This document shows positions 52,353 to 63,090 of a stretch of 63,090 bases of DNA, piece by piece. The stretch covers positions 248,001-311,090 of the forward strand of contig JAPEUI010000005.1 in NCBI GenBank assembly GCA_026025075.1, given 5' to 3'. Numbering within the stretch: position 1 is the first letter of the stretch; every line of letters starts with the position of its first letter. The position numbers were made by a program, and so were the translations under genes. Under the pieces are notes generated by a model. The model searched no databases. It was not told the origin of the DNA and saw only the letters and a list, made by a program, of their open reading frames with translations. This stretch comes from Vezdaea acicularis (Eukaryota).

Positions 52353-53030
52353 ATGACATCAACATCGTCCTTGGATGCCCCTACGTTAGGAACCGTAACT
52401 CCAACTTTCATCCCCATCTCGACGGGCTCGACCAGTAGCTCGAGCCATCTTAGCTTGAGTGTATACATCGGCATCATTGTTGCCGCAATTGCTGCCGCTT
52501 TAGTATGGGCAGGCATCGTCATTTATTGCTGCTGTAAGAAGCGCAGGAGGCGGCTTGACCTGATGTCTCCTGATCAAGCGGAATCTCAGAAAAGTGCGTT
52601 TAGCAGCTTCAGGAAAAGGAAAGTGATGGCGGACCCTTATAATCCTGCCGATGGAGGATCCAGAGACCTGGATGACAGGGAGCCGAATGAGCTGGAGATA
52701 CACAATCCTCAACCACCCGAGCTCACAGGTACTCAAGGAGGACCTGAGGCAATACCAATGGAGCTTTACGGAACGAGGGCACGCAGGAGCTCCAGCGAAA
52801 CCCGAGAAGAGCTACCATCCTCTCCTGTGAACACTCCTCGGGAGCTGGCTGCGAATGATGTTGCCGCTGCAGAACTAGGCCTCAACACGCCACGACAATC
52901 ACGGAATCTAGCCATTCCATCTTCGTCAGCTTCGCGCCATCACAGTAAATCAGAGAGAAGAGAGAATAACCCTCAATCACTTGGGATCCTATCAGCTGAA
53001 GAAGAAAGAAAAGGACCGCCTTCAAGATGA
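52353..53030 (+). CDS. Hypothetical single-pass membrane protein
   Basis: S/T-rich N-terminus, hydrophobic TM (VYIGIIVAAIAAALVWAGIVIY), CCC-KKRRRR juxtamembrane segment, cytosolic tail with repeated xEL motifs. Confidence 0.7.
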   Translation: MTSTSSLDAPTLGTVTPTFIPISTGSTSSSSHLSLSVYIGIIVAAIAAALVWAGIVIYCCCKKRRRRLDLMSPDQAESQKSAFSSFRKRKVMADPYNPADGGSRDLDDREPNELEIHNPQPPELTGTQGGPEAIPMELYGTRARRSSSETREELPSSPVNTPRELAANDVAAAELGLNTPRQSRNLAIPSSSASRHHSKSERRENNPQSLGILSAEEERKGPPSR

Positions 53031-54157
53031 CTCTCAGGCCTGCGGTCGGATTCAAGATTGATTCTTGGGACAGTCGACAGGCCGACTCAGCGATGATGCA
53101 GCTTAGAGCGCCCGGATGGGAAACCAGCAAGCAGGAGACAAACATCCGTTACACTAGAGACAATGGGCCAAAGGGCATGCCGAGGGGAATGTCCGATATA
53201 ATTCGTATGGCTTGGATAGCATGCCAGTCCGAGCTTAGGTCATATTCCCCAGTTTGAGCTCGGAAAAAAAGAGAATGGATGGTTTCAGCAAGACTGAAAC
53301 CATACCTAGAGGAGATGGAGAGAGAAGGCATACAGATACTGAATGCTGAAAGTCGCATACGAACAAGCTTGATCGGAAGTTGGAGGCGGTCCAAGGTTCT
53401 TATGCAGGCCTAGCTTTCGTAGCGAGAGCGCGGCGGCAAAACGTCAGCTAAGCTTTGCGTCGGCGTGGACTAAAGGACTTAAAGTGCAGTACACGCTTTA
53501 CACCATCTGAGTCATCCATGGACGAATGCTGTATATAAATAAGAAGGAAGTTAATGCCATGAATACTCGCCCTGGGACTCTGAAAGGGATAAGGCTGAAG
53601 CCAATTGATTCATTTCGCCCAGCCCCACGGTTGTTGGCGGGGCTGGAAACGAGGGTCCAAGGCAGGCTCGGCCCGCCGCCCCGGAGCGTAGCGTTTGCCA
53701 ATTGCGGCGCTGCAGGTCACCAAGCCGATAGACGCCGGCATTGGCCCGTTAAAATCCACTTTGCGCGTCTCCCGCAGTCTCAGCCTGATGTGCGGCAGGC
53801 TTCGCGCCTGTCCTGTTGTTTCTTTGTAGCTTTTGCAATTGTCATTTCGCGTCCGTAACGTGTCTACGATCTTGATTGCGCCTGTTCTCTCGCAATTGCT
53901 CTTGACTTACGTAGCGGATTCCTACTGTCAAGCGCTTCGTTTACCTCTTCTCCATTCGTATCTGAGTCGATTTTCGAACTCAAACTGTCCCGAATCGTTC
54001 ATACTGTACTCCGAAATTGTCATCGATAGAGTGGATCCAGTTTGCAGACTTCTGGAAAATCTACCGCTCGGGCTTAGGCAATCTGTGCCACATATAGCAA
54101 TCGCATTCGGGGACTCTTTGAAGCTGATCTATTGCCTACATATGCCAGTACTCTTCA

Positions 54158-57100
54158 ATGCTTATGACACCGAGCCATGTACCTTCGACCCCGAAAAAAC
54201 CAAGGAACGACCACGTAAACAGCTATGTTGATAGTCTAGCTGTCAGATGGGGACTCCCCCTGCGGGGCAGGGACAAGAATTGGTCACCCTCTAGGAAAGA
54301 GATAACCATAGAGGAAGAAATCATTGGATCCCTCAAGTTCTTGTATTACAAGGACCCTGGCTTCCTCAGCAACGTCATTGCTGAGTTTGACAAGCATGTC
54401 TTTAGTTGGTTAAATAAGCTTCATAGCGATGCGGGCAATCCAGGAGTTTCTTATGATAAACCCAGCTCTCATTTTCAAGTAGACTCTGCGGAAAGCGTCG
54501 GCCGTATAACCAAGGAGCTCTGCCAAACACTTAGCAGAGCGCGATCGTTCTTCATTCAGCAGCATGGATTAGCCACCAATATAAATCGTGATGGTTTACA
54601 CCTGTCAACGCCCTTGAGCGCTTCCGCGAACAGAGTCTCACGCATGCCTTCAGTATCGAGAAAAGACGCTGTTATCAGTCTCTCCAATACTGGACTACCT
54701 CAACACGCGTCGAATGCTAAAGTTAGTCGACCGGTACGACCGTCCGAAGGATCTTTCAGCGAATGTTTTACCGAACTACAAACCCTCTGGGATGTATCAG
54801 ACTCGCAACCTAAAGGCTCTTCACATGATCCAGCTTTTCATAGCTTTTCTAGAGTTAGCACTACCTACCAAAATACAATCCCTCAAGGCTCTCAGCGGCA
54901 ACCAAGTGTGTCAAAACCGGTCGAGCATAGCCAAACGCAGAAGTCACGCGAAACCTTCGTCAGCCAAGAGAGTGATGACAAGCTCCAAGTCGGAGTTTCC
55001 CTTTCAACAATTTCATTTAATGGAATCAAGAATAATTCGCAAACGCAATGGGGACCCGGTACTGTCACTAGCTCTGAGATTGAATACGTTCCTATTGCGT
55101 CACATCTTGACCCGAAGGACAAAATAAACATCAAGAAACGCTCTCTGGCTGCGGAGCACAGCTCGTCCATGCCCCGAAAGTCTCCTAAAGGCTCACATAT
55201 TAACGACACCCCATTCTTTCACAAGGTCAAGACTTCGACTGCAGCCCCTAAGAGTACACCAAATACACACAAAAACCAATATCCAGAGTTAAAGGATAGC
55301 TGGAGACAAAAGGCTAACGCAAATGACAGTTTCAGTACTACATCGTCGTTCGGAGAGGCGATGACTAGCGATATTTCTATGTCTCAAGCCTTTGCTCACC
55401 CGCCCGAACCCACTGAATCATTCAGTAGCGTCCAGCGCAAGAACATAAAGAAATCATCTCCAGGCGTTGGGGGCAAAGAAGTCATCGACCTAGAATCTGA
55501 GGAGTTTGATATGCTAGATGTCATTGAAAGTACGCAGTTTCCTTCCATAAGCCTTCCCTACTATCGTCTCGGTGTACTGACGTGGAAAGTCGGGACCTCT
55601 CCATCGAGCCCATCGCAGCTCTCAAGCTCACTAAGGGATGTTTCGATCGAATCCAGAGAAGTCGACATTACTCCTTCAAGAACAGAAAAAGTCGACGGTG
55701 TGCCGGAAATGGACGTGCCGATCCCCAGTATAGAACCCGGGGCAACTCTTTCGTCGGCTGAGAACGAATTGCTGTTATATCTTGATCAGCATCTCGTCAA
55801 AAGTGGGCCATTTGGTAAGTGCAGTAGTGAATCAGCTCCTCGAGAAGTAGTTGACCGGGTTCGACTTAGCTCACGACCTGCCACCGAATCTCTGCGCACT
55901 TCCGTTTCGCGAGCGCTATGAAATCTATCGCGTTGCTCGAAAGTGCGGAGCACCTTTAAATAAGGTGGAGATGCCTTTCAGCACCTGTAGCAACAATCAG
56001 AAGCTATTATGGAGGTGGCTTCATAAGCATGTAAGTATGCACGAAGATATGCCAGAGCCGACTCCTGCTAGAGTTTGGAAGGATGCAGGAGACGAGTTCC
56101 AAAACGTACTTCTTGCTGGAGACTTAGCCTTCAACAATACGAAAGGTGGGCCATTATTTCGGTTCCAGCTGAAGGCCTTGAAGAGTGAAGACTCGTGTCG
56201 AATTGGGCGCCGCTTTGGGGGGGATCGACTTTTGGTTCTAGGAATTCCGTCACTAGACAAGAGATCACTCCCAAGTTTTCTTCGACCTCAAGCTGATCAG
56301 GTCCGGCATTTGATCACCGCATGGCTAGTAGTGCAGCCTCACCGGATTTTAGGGCGGACATGGAAAGCGTTCTACGTAAAGAAACGATCGGACAAGAAGA
56401 AGAAAAAAGTTAAGAACCCCCAAACTGCCCAAGAAAGTCAGAATGAGGTCCAATCTCTGGTGTATCTCTTTGCAGTGGATGGTAAGGGCTTTCGACGACC
56501 AGAATACTCGCTGGGAACTGCAAATACCTCGTCTCTACCTAGAAAGCATGAGCATACAGACATGCACACTGCGATGTCAGTTGAAAATCTCCTTCGATGG
56601 TTGATTGACCTCGATATCAACAAGAATATGACGGCACACAAAGCTTTTTCCAGAATAGTGCTTGGTTGTTACTCCACATAGTAATTCCTGCAGGACGTGG
56701 CTAATACATTTCAGGGCTCTCGAAAACTCAATCAACAATCACCTTTGAGCCACTCCAGATAAGGAGGATTCCAGACATCTGGTCACCCAAGACCCTAGAT
56801 TCTGAGGGCAAGAAGAGCATTTCAGAAGTCATGAACGACGTAAGTTCCAATCGCGGCGGCTCAACTTTGTCTAACAACTCTTTGCTAGGGCTGTGCTCGA
56901 ATCTCTCGACGAGCAGCATACGAGATTGCAGAGAGGCTTGGTATTGAAAACCACATACCCAGTGCTTTTCAAGGAAGAATTGCGGGCGCGAAAGGTTTAT
57001 GGATGGTTGACTGTAGCTACCGTGCCGACAAGGCCGACGAAGGGTTCTGGATCGAGATAACAGATTCTCAGTCAAAATTTGAGACCCATCCCATTGACGA

Positions 57101-59020
57101 GATTTGTCCGGATGACGACCGAGTCACCTTTGAGGTGCATGACGTCTCAAGCCCTCTTTCCTCAGCATCTCTGAATTTCCAACTGCTACCGATCCTCGAA
57201 GATCGGGGTGTGCCTAGGACTGTGATAGCTGACCTCCTCGAAGAAGATTTGAATTTCCACGTAACCGAGCTCAAGGCCGCCATGCATAGTCCGCTGACCT
57301 TTCGCAAATGGAGTTCTGATAATCGCTCCACTAATTCAGAACGCGCGAAGAACGCAGGCATCACTTGGGATGCATCTGTGCCATTACACGACACAGAAAA
57401 AATCAATTGGCTCTTGGAATCTGGTTTCCACCCTCAGTCTTGCCATTTTCTCAAGGAAATAATCTGGAAAGTGACAAAAGAGTTTTGTATGGGCCTAGAA
57501 GAAAGATTGCACATTGGAGTGGGTCAGAGTACTTACGTTTATTGCGTTGCTGATCCTCTCGGGGTGTTGGAAGAGGGGGAAATCCATTTTGGCTTCTCCA
57601 CCACTTTCAAGGATCCAAAGTCGGGCTTTCAGGAGACGATTTTACATGACATCGATGCATTAGTAGCACGGTTACCAGCTCATCTCCAATCGGACATTCA
57701 GAGGGTCCGCTGTGTGTTCCGGCCGGAGCTGCGAGCTCTCAAGGACGTTGTCGTATTCTCTACCAAAGGTCAGAGGCCGCTTGCCCAGTACCTAAGCGGA
57801 GGAGGTATGTCAACCTCTTGAATATTCTAACCATTCTAGACCACCATACTTACAGCTGAGTAGATTACGACGGTGACAAAGTCTTCTGTTGTTGGGATCA
57901 GCGCATTGTCCAACCTTTCCAAAATGCTGGCCTACCTGCCAAGACACCCTCCATTCGAGACCTTGGAATCACCCAAGACAAAACCACCCTCGCCGATCTC
58001 GATATCGCCAGAAATACAACCGAGTTCTTACACCGAAGTTTCCACTTCGTTATGCAGCCGAAATTACTCGGGTGGTGCACACGGTTTCAGGAAGACATGT
58101 GCTACGCCCGCAACTCCATCAACCATCCTGGCGCCGTGACCGTGGCCACTTTACTCGGCCTTCTCGTCGATTCCGAAAAGCAAGGCTACTCCTTCACCGA
58201 AGCGGATTGGAATAAGCTCAAATTCACAAATCCGCACATCTACCCTAAGAATCCAAAAGTGCCTGCCTACCGTCCTGGAAGCAATCAAAAGCCTACGGAC
58301 CATATCATCGACTACTTGAAATTTTCCATCGCTCGCGGCGTGCGCGAAGATGCCCTACGCGACCTAAACGAGCGGTTCAAGAAGGTCCCAAGTTATGACT
58401 TCGATCTCGTTGCACTATACAAGCGCGAGGAAGCAGACGCCATGAACTCCCCACAGCTGCAAGCTGTCCTCCGAAAGCTGAATGACGATATCCAGGGAGT
58501 TTACAACCACTGGCGGACCCGCGTTAGCGTCGCTGAAGAACGCCGCGCCGAAGAAGGACACTTCACCAACGCGCTCGGAGCGACCTATACGCGCTTCTTG
58601 GCCATCCTCCCGCCTTCAGACTCCAGCCACGAGGTCGTGAAGCGGTGGTGGAGAGAAGAAGACCCCACCAATACCACCACCTATTCCAGCTCATCCTTCA
58701 CCACCTCCTTCACCTCTTTCACCTCGACCTCCACCGCCGCCGCTACCTCCTTCACCTCCACCACCACAGCCCGTGAAGAAGAAGAGGCCGTCGAAGACGC
58801 CTACCAGTTCTCGCACTGGAAACTGCTGCGCGCCTCCGCCGCCTTTGCAAAGTTTCATAATACGAAGTTCGTCTGGTATGTTGCGGGCAGGCAGCTTGGC
58901 TTCCTGAAGGCGAGGATTGGTAGGGAGTCGGTCATGCTTAGGGGAGATATGCATGCGGCGTTGAAGGTGGATGGGGGCTTTGTGCGGAAAGTGGGAAGGA
59001 GGGAAGAGGAGGAAGGGTAG
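54158..59020 (+). CDS. RNA-dependent RNA polymerase, QDE-1-like (RNA silencing/quelling)
   Basis: Spliced motifs MNDGCARIS, PSAFQGRIAGAKGLW, ADPLGVLEEGEIH, VARLPAHLQSDIQRV and catalytic LSGG|DYDGD; four introns. Confidence 0.93.
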
Positions 59021-59551
59021 TCGAGAGCGGTGACGTTGGATTAGAGTAGGGCACATGCGTTGGTAATCGTTTGGAACTGGTGGAGCATATAACAAGGTGG
59101 AATGCGGGCAGGGACCGCAGCGGGTTTGGATTTTTAAGGGTTTTCATTTGTCATTACTCGTTGTTTTACTGCTCCAGACGGGTCGAAGGGCTTGGGAATG
59201 CAGCTCAACAAGGGGCGATCATCGGGGGATTTCTTATCCAATCGGTCAGCGTTTTACACAAGTCCGGATATATGTCTTCTGTCTGCGTAGGGGAGCTGGC
59301 CTCCTTTTCAAGTCTGTTGTTCTACGCAGCCACGTCACAAGTAATGAAAAGTTCTATGAAAAAAAATTTATCATGTTGCCGTTGCATCTTGTCTCATGAG
59401 AGAAGAAAGGCAACTCTATGCAGTAACACCGTGCCATGCTATCCTGTCCTGTCCGAAGCCATGCCACGCCATGCCAAGCCAAGCCAAATCCACGCCTTGG
59501 GTATCATGCCGTTACAAAGGAGATAGCCACCCATCCTGCAAAACCCAGTTA

Positions 59552-60944
59552 TTAGACCTTAGCCTCAGCATCGAATTCATCCGCGTCGTCAGCTTCAGCA
59601 TCAGCATCAGCATCGGCGTCGGTGTCGGCTTCCGTCTCCAGCTCATCAGTGCCAGTCTCAGCCTCGGTAGTAGTCCCAGCTTCAGGACTGTCCTCGTCCA
59701 GAGCCTTGCCTTTGCCCTTCGCCTTGGCTTTAGCCTTCTTCCTCGCACGATCCCTCGCGTTCTTACGAGCCTTCGCCGCCCTCTTGGCTTCCGCTTTGTC
59801 ACCTTCGTCACCAGAGCCAATGTCCAACTTCTCGGTTCCAGCAAGCATATCTTGCTGTGAATCGTCGGGCTTCTTCGTGTTCTTATAGTTGCGGCTCATC
59901 ACATCGAGCTCTTCAAAGTTGGTGCGGGCTATCTCGACGTTGACTTTGGCCATGTTGAGGGTTTTCTCGCCGGGCGGGACGACGCAGAGGGCGTAGGTGT
60001 TTGTGGTCAACTGCTGGATGAAGAGAGAGAACTTTTGGGTCTTAATCTCCATTTTCTCGAACTGTGGGCTGGATCGAGGCTGGTTCGTGTTCTTGGCCAC
60101 GCCTTGCTTGAAGGTCTTGATTATGTTGGACAACCGCTCGAAGCGGTCTTTCGTCGGGTTCATCTTGCCGATCTTAGATGTGACGGACGTCACAACAAGG
60201 AAGGTGGTGCGTTCGAAGAGAACGATTTCTTCTGCATCGATATGCTCAAGGAGTTCTTGCAGCAGCTTCTCGATCTTGGTGACGTTCGGGATGAGAGTAT
60301 AGATGATGCCAGCCCATGCCTTGTAGAGAGATTGGTCCCAGATGCTGGTGGGGTAGGTGTCGATCTTGAATCCCTCAGAACGTTCAGTGATGAGGTTGCT
60401 ACGCTCAGTGAAGAGCTTCTGGCGGTACGTGTCTTGTACGAGATCCATCTTGTGGATCAAGACAAAAACACGGGCATCGGACGAATACTCTTTCAGAGCT
60501 CGCATGCAGTTGGAGTAGGTGATCACGTCACGGTCGAATTCTCTGCTCTCAATGTCGAAGACGTATATGAGCACGGCTACGTTGGAGAATACGTGATCGC
60601 GCTGGCTAGCCAGGTAGTTCTCCATGAAAGCATCTTGGCTGTGGTGTGAGGATTTCGTCAGTTGAAAGTTCACCAAAACGCGACCGGAAAGCGACCAAAA
60701 AGTAAGGCAAGAACGAATTTTTTTATGCTTACCCTCCGCAATCCCACAGGTTGAGGTTTAAGTTCCCCAGAAACTTGACATGGCTGTGCTCCACGTCGAT
60801 GGTAGCCCCGAGTCGGCGGGTGTCCGTAGCAACATAGTTGCTGAAAATGATTGAACGCATCGAGGATTTCCCCGATCCGCTCTTGCCCATTAAGAGGACC
60901 TTCCTCTTCTTCACCCTCTGCTCATAATTTGCGGAGAACTCCAT
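59552..60944 (-). CDS. GTR1: Rag GTPase Gtr1/RagA
   Basis: [56 protein letters not shown] and [12 protein letters not shown]. Confidence 0.95.
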
Positions 60945-61717
60945 GGTTCCGAAGACGCCTGGAGCAATCGGATATCTTTGGTAGATTACTGTTCCGTCAG
61001 CGAGTGAAAGTGAATGAAGTGAAGGAACTCTCTTACCTCTACGCAGATTTTGGGATGCCATCTTAGCTCTACAAAAGGCGTTAGCGTTATTCGGTTATCT
61101 TAGTGTGAGGCGGAACTTCCCGTTTCTAGTTGGTGGTGTTGATAGGTGGAGATGACAGGGTTGAGCTAAACGGGTTTTGGAGGCGCCTAGTTTTGTGGGT
61201 CACATGACTAACCCACCGGACTTCCTAGCCAATCACAACGATGCACTACAAATCACTTTCGCGGCGAACCCAAGAACTATCCTGCACCTTTCCAAACAAC
61301 TTAAGTTTCGTATAACTAGGATACCTCTGCAATACAAAATCACGTATATCTGGCCTCAAATTTTGTTTACAGTGCCGGAATAAGGTGCAGGTATAGCAGG
61401 GGAGATTCATTAGTGAAGATGCTGGCGTCATGATATAGGCTAGGTTATAACAGAAAATCGAAGTCCATTCAATCTGGAGGTCTCCATGTAACCATCTTCA
61501 TCTGATTCATAACCTCACAAATAACGGGAGAGTGCCAGTATCATCGGGGGTTGATTGTGAGTCAGCAGAGCAAGTACTGGTTCCCTTGACCCATTCTAAC
61601 TAATCTGGAAGACGCCCCTTCATACAAGACTTATTGACTATCAAGCCTGTTAAAACTCCGGCATTATCCGCGCGCCAATCCAATGCAATGCCACGATCAT
61701 ATCCAATTGCTGCATGC

Positions 61718-63090
61718 TTAAAATACAGTTCCGTCTGATTCGATCATAATGGGAGGATCACCAGTGCAGGGGCGAGTCATAGCTGCTAACTCTCGGCCAC
61801 CCTAGAAGACATTAGCTATATGTTATAGGGGGAGAGTAGACTTTTGTGGTTAGGCATACCTTCCAAGTCCCAGCCTCCAGCATCTGAGCCAACGACAGGG
61901 CTCTCTCACCCTGTAGTCCAAGACCCTTGTTGACTGCTACAAGCAGATCATCCAAAAAGCCCACCGTCGCAGCTCTCCATTCAACGATAACATCGTCATC
62001 TGGCGTGAATAATGGTACCACGTCTCTGTTGTCGCGGCCTTCCTTAAAGCAATTCTCATGGTAAGCGTCAATGCCCCGCACCATATCATCTTTCTTGAGA
62101 GTCAGAACCCCGGTATCGACAAGTAGCCCACCATTGCGGTACTCAGGAAGCCCAGTCATCAGCTCTACTCCTTCGAATCGAATGCCCATCAACTTGGCCA
62201 TCGGTACCATGAGAGAGTATGTAAGCCATTGGGAGAGCTTATGGAACGGTGCGATGCTCTCCCACTCTCTCCCGGGTAGAAGGGGAGGCATGGACGAACA
62301 CGGCCAAGCATCTCCGAGTGAGACGCCGTCGATCGTTGTGCGAGATTTGGGCCATATAGGGGCAAGACCCTCCATGACCACGTGCCAGAGTCTCGGTAAC
62401 GGCACTATTCTATTATCGGCCAGATTGAAAGCAGGATAGGACATGAAGTAATCTGCTTGATCAGCGAAAGTCGAGCAAGTCAGGACCAAATTAGAGGCTT
62501 ACCAAGCATGTTACCGGGCCTGCCATTCTGCCCAAATATCTCCTCATTGTCCATTGCACCTCCGAGCTTCATCAAAAGCCCCGCTCTCCCTTCAAGGCCC
62601 GCGAGTGGGTTCTCCTCAGAAGCTTGTAACCCCTTGGCCAAGGACTCGACCGTCAAGGTCTTCAATCCTTTGCCGTCCACTTGATGGGGGTTGCCGGGAT
62701 CGCTACTGAACAGACCAGCCTTAAACATGTCCAGACTTGCAACAGCAAGGCCTTCACTGCGTTTGATGACCTTTCCCTCCTCAGTCTTGTACTGCCATTT
62801 CGTTCCAGCTCCAGCGTCTAGCAGTACCGATATAAGGAAGAGGTCAAGAAGACGGCGTGTTTTTTCTTCCTGATTTACAGACGTTGGCCATGATGCTAGC
62901 AAATTGTCAATTCGTGCGTTTCCCCCAACTTCGAAGTGCTGCCAGCGTCCATGCGGCGGAATTGAAGCATAATCTGGAGCAAAATCTCGCTGGGTTATTT
63001 CCAGTTAGCATATTCAGTCACTGATAGGCTAATAAGGCCATTGTACCTTAATTATCATAACCACGTATTCTGCACATTCCTGGAACTTGC
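61718..63090 (-). CDS. URC4/urg3-family protein (DUF1688); 5' end lies outside the window
   Basis: SIPPHGRWQHF, DLFLISVLLDAGAG, RSEGLAVAS, FHKLSQWLTYSL, TGLPEYRNGGL; terminal GGRE...ESDGTVF*. Confidence 0.9.

Noticed and set aside
53619..53646. 8-bp GC hairpin CCAGCCCC/GGGGCTGG followed by AAAC upstream of the RdRP
   Set aside because: No hammerhead CUGANGA core, and isolated hairpins of this size occur by chance.

Overview
Eukaryotic DNA from a filamentous ascomycete (Pezizomycotina-type genes with short GT-AG introns). The window holds about 17 protein-coding genes: veA (velvet A), a secreted GH128 glucanase, a conserved hypothetical protein, an SPT23/MGA2-type transcription factor, an Nha1-type Na+/H+ antiporter, an RTA1-family protein, Trs130, an Opi1-like regulator, an SDR (L-xylulose reductase/mannitol dehydrogenase type), an ARMC8/Vid28-like protein, a Pho80-type cyclin, an ABCA transporter, a QDE-1-like RdRP, Gtr1/RagA, a partial URC4/urg3 gene, and a few orphan ORFs. 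I found no tRNA, rRNA, transposon or CRISPR. The standout is non-coding. The long, ATG-depleted region upstream of veA carries three dispersed copies (1425-1518, 2191-2280, 2341-2437) of a ~95-nt element. It has a near-invariant 25-nt core, GAGTGTTGACGnnTCACTATACACC, flanked by hairpins with compensatory base changes. Each copy begins with a branch-point/pyrimidine-tract/TAG arrangement folded into the first hairpin. This is a candidate structured cis-regulatory RNA that may control splicing or translation of veA. All assignments come from reading the sequence; no database search was run.
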